Shown in pieces: positions 63,318-64,000 of a stretch of DNA of 64,000 bases. The position numbers and the translations under genes are program-made. The notes beneath the pieces are model-generated. The model was not told where the DNA came from and ran no database searches. It worked only from the letters and a program-made list of their open reading frames with translations. How positions within the stretch are numbered: the stretch's first letter is position 1; each line of letters opens with the position of its first letter. This DNA is from Heteronotia binoei. Lineage: Eukaryota. The stretch covers positions 48,918,001 through 48,982,000 of the forward strand of contig NC_083237.1 in the NCBI RefSeq assembly GCF_032191835.1, written 5' to 3'.

Positions 63318-64000
63318 TTAATGAACATAGTCTTTAAGATACGCGGGAGGCCGGCGCTCCCTGGTGGACCGTCTGGGGAGGTCCTGTGGAGGGGGCGCGG
63401 TCGCCGCTGTCGGGGCTGCGGGTCTGGTTCTGCTGGTCCCTCGGGCTCTGTTGGCCCCGGCGCTTCTAGCGGGGGTATAACTGGTGTTGGGGCCGCGTCC
63501 TCTGATCGGTCTCCAGTCGGTTCCACCCCTGCTCTCTCCCCCTCAGTGTCTGCTGGTTCCTCTGGTAGCGTGCGGCGGCGCAACTGGTCTATGTGCCGCC
63601 GTAATACTTGGCCCTCCTCCGTGGATATATCATAGTGGTGGGACCCAGTTACTCGTAGCACTTGGCCCGCCACCCTGTCGGGGCCCCTCGCATAGTTCCG
63701 GGCGTATACGTGATCGCCCGCAAAGAAACCTCTGGCTGCGTCCCGTACCTCTGGACTCTCGCGGGTGTCTGAAGCCCGGTCGGGATGTAGTCTGTCCAGT
63801 CGGGTTATGAGCTTGCGCCCCATGAGGAGCTCTGCCGGACTAACCCCTGTGACCGGGTTGGGTGTGATCCTATTATCGAAGAGGAACGCGGCCAACCTGT
63901 GGTCCCAGTCGCCCTGTACAATTCGGCTCAGGGCTTCCTTTGTTGTGCGGACCATCCACTCTGCCTGGCCGTTGGTGGCCGGGTGGAAGGGGGCCGACCT
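63318..64000 (-). mobile_element. Ty3/Gypsy retrotransposon, integrase C-terminal region (one frameshift)
   Basis: HPATNGQAE..VRTTKEAL, FLF..RITP...TGVSPAELLMGRKL.TRLD, VYARNY, RRHIDQLR; the canonical tail RRSTRERRPPAYLKDYVH* is in a shifted frame, stop at 63318-63320. Confidence 0.93.

Noticed and set aside
63210-63810. Plus-strand ORFs over the Gypsy element
   Set aside because: Antisense shadows of the integrase ORF. The track's 243-aa C-terminus running into the LTR is also a frameshift artefact.

Overview
Vertebrate genomic DNA, most likely a gecko (inferred from the squamate-type SINE content, not proven). The window holds three genes in the order known from the ZNF652-PHOSPHO1-ABI3 synteny block. 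(1) ZNF652 (+): the last four coding exons (5295-10709) and a long 3' UTR. (2) PHOSPHO1 (+): complete 268-codon CDS in two exons (44480-44524, 47866-48627), with a probable non-coding exon 1 in a CpG island about 20 kb upstream (~23.9-24.2 kb). (3) ABI3 (-): the last five coding exons (60906-53987), convergent with PHOSPHO1. Introns and intergenic DNA are dense with often nested transposable elements: an L2 5' half, an L1 3' fragment, CR1 tails, a Gypsy integrase/PPT/3' LTR, four SINE types (one 5S-derived), at least five hAT-type MITE families with 8-bp TSDs, and a Penelope-like end with a degenerate hammerhead. There is one 145-N assembly gap. I found no CRISPR array, no bona fide tRNA/rRNA gene and no unrecognised long protein-coding gene, and I cannot demonstrate a new biological system. 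The best leads are TE-derived RNA structures around host exons: competing inverted SINEs in ABI3, a sense-oriented LTR with a polyA signal in an ABI3 intron, a 514-bp fold-back, a perfect octamer palindrome near PHOSPHO1 exon 2, and an in-frame uORF before the PHOSPHO1 start. All coordinates, TSDs and splice phases were read by eye; TE family names come from recognition, not a database search.
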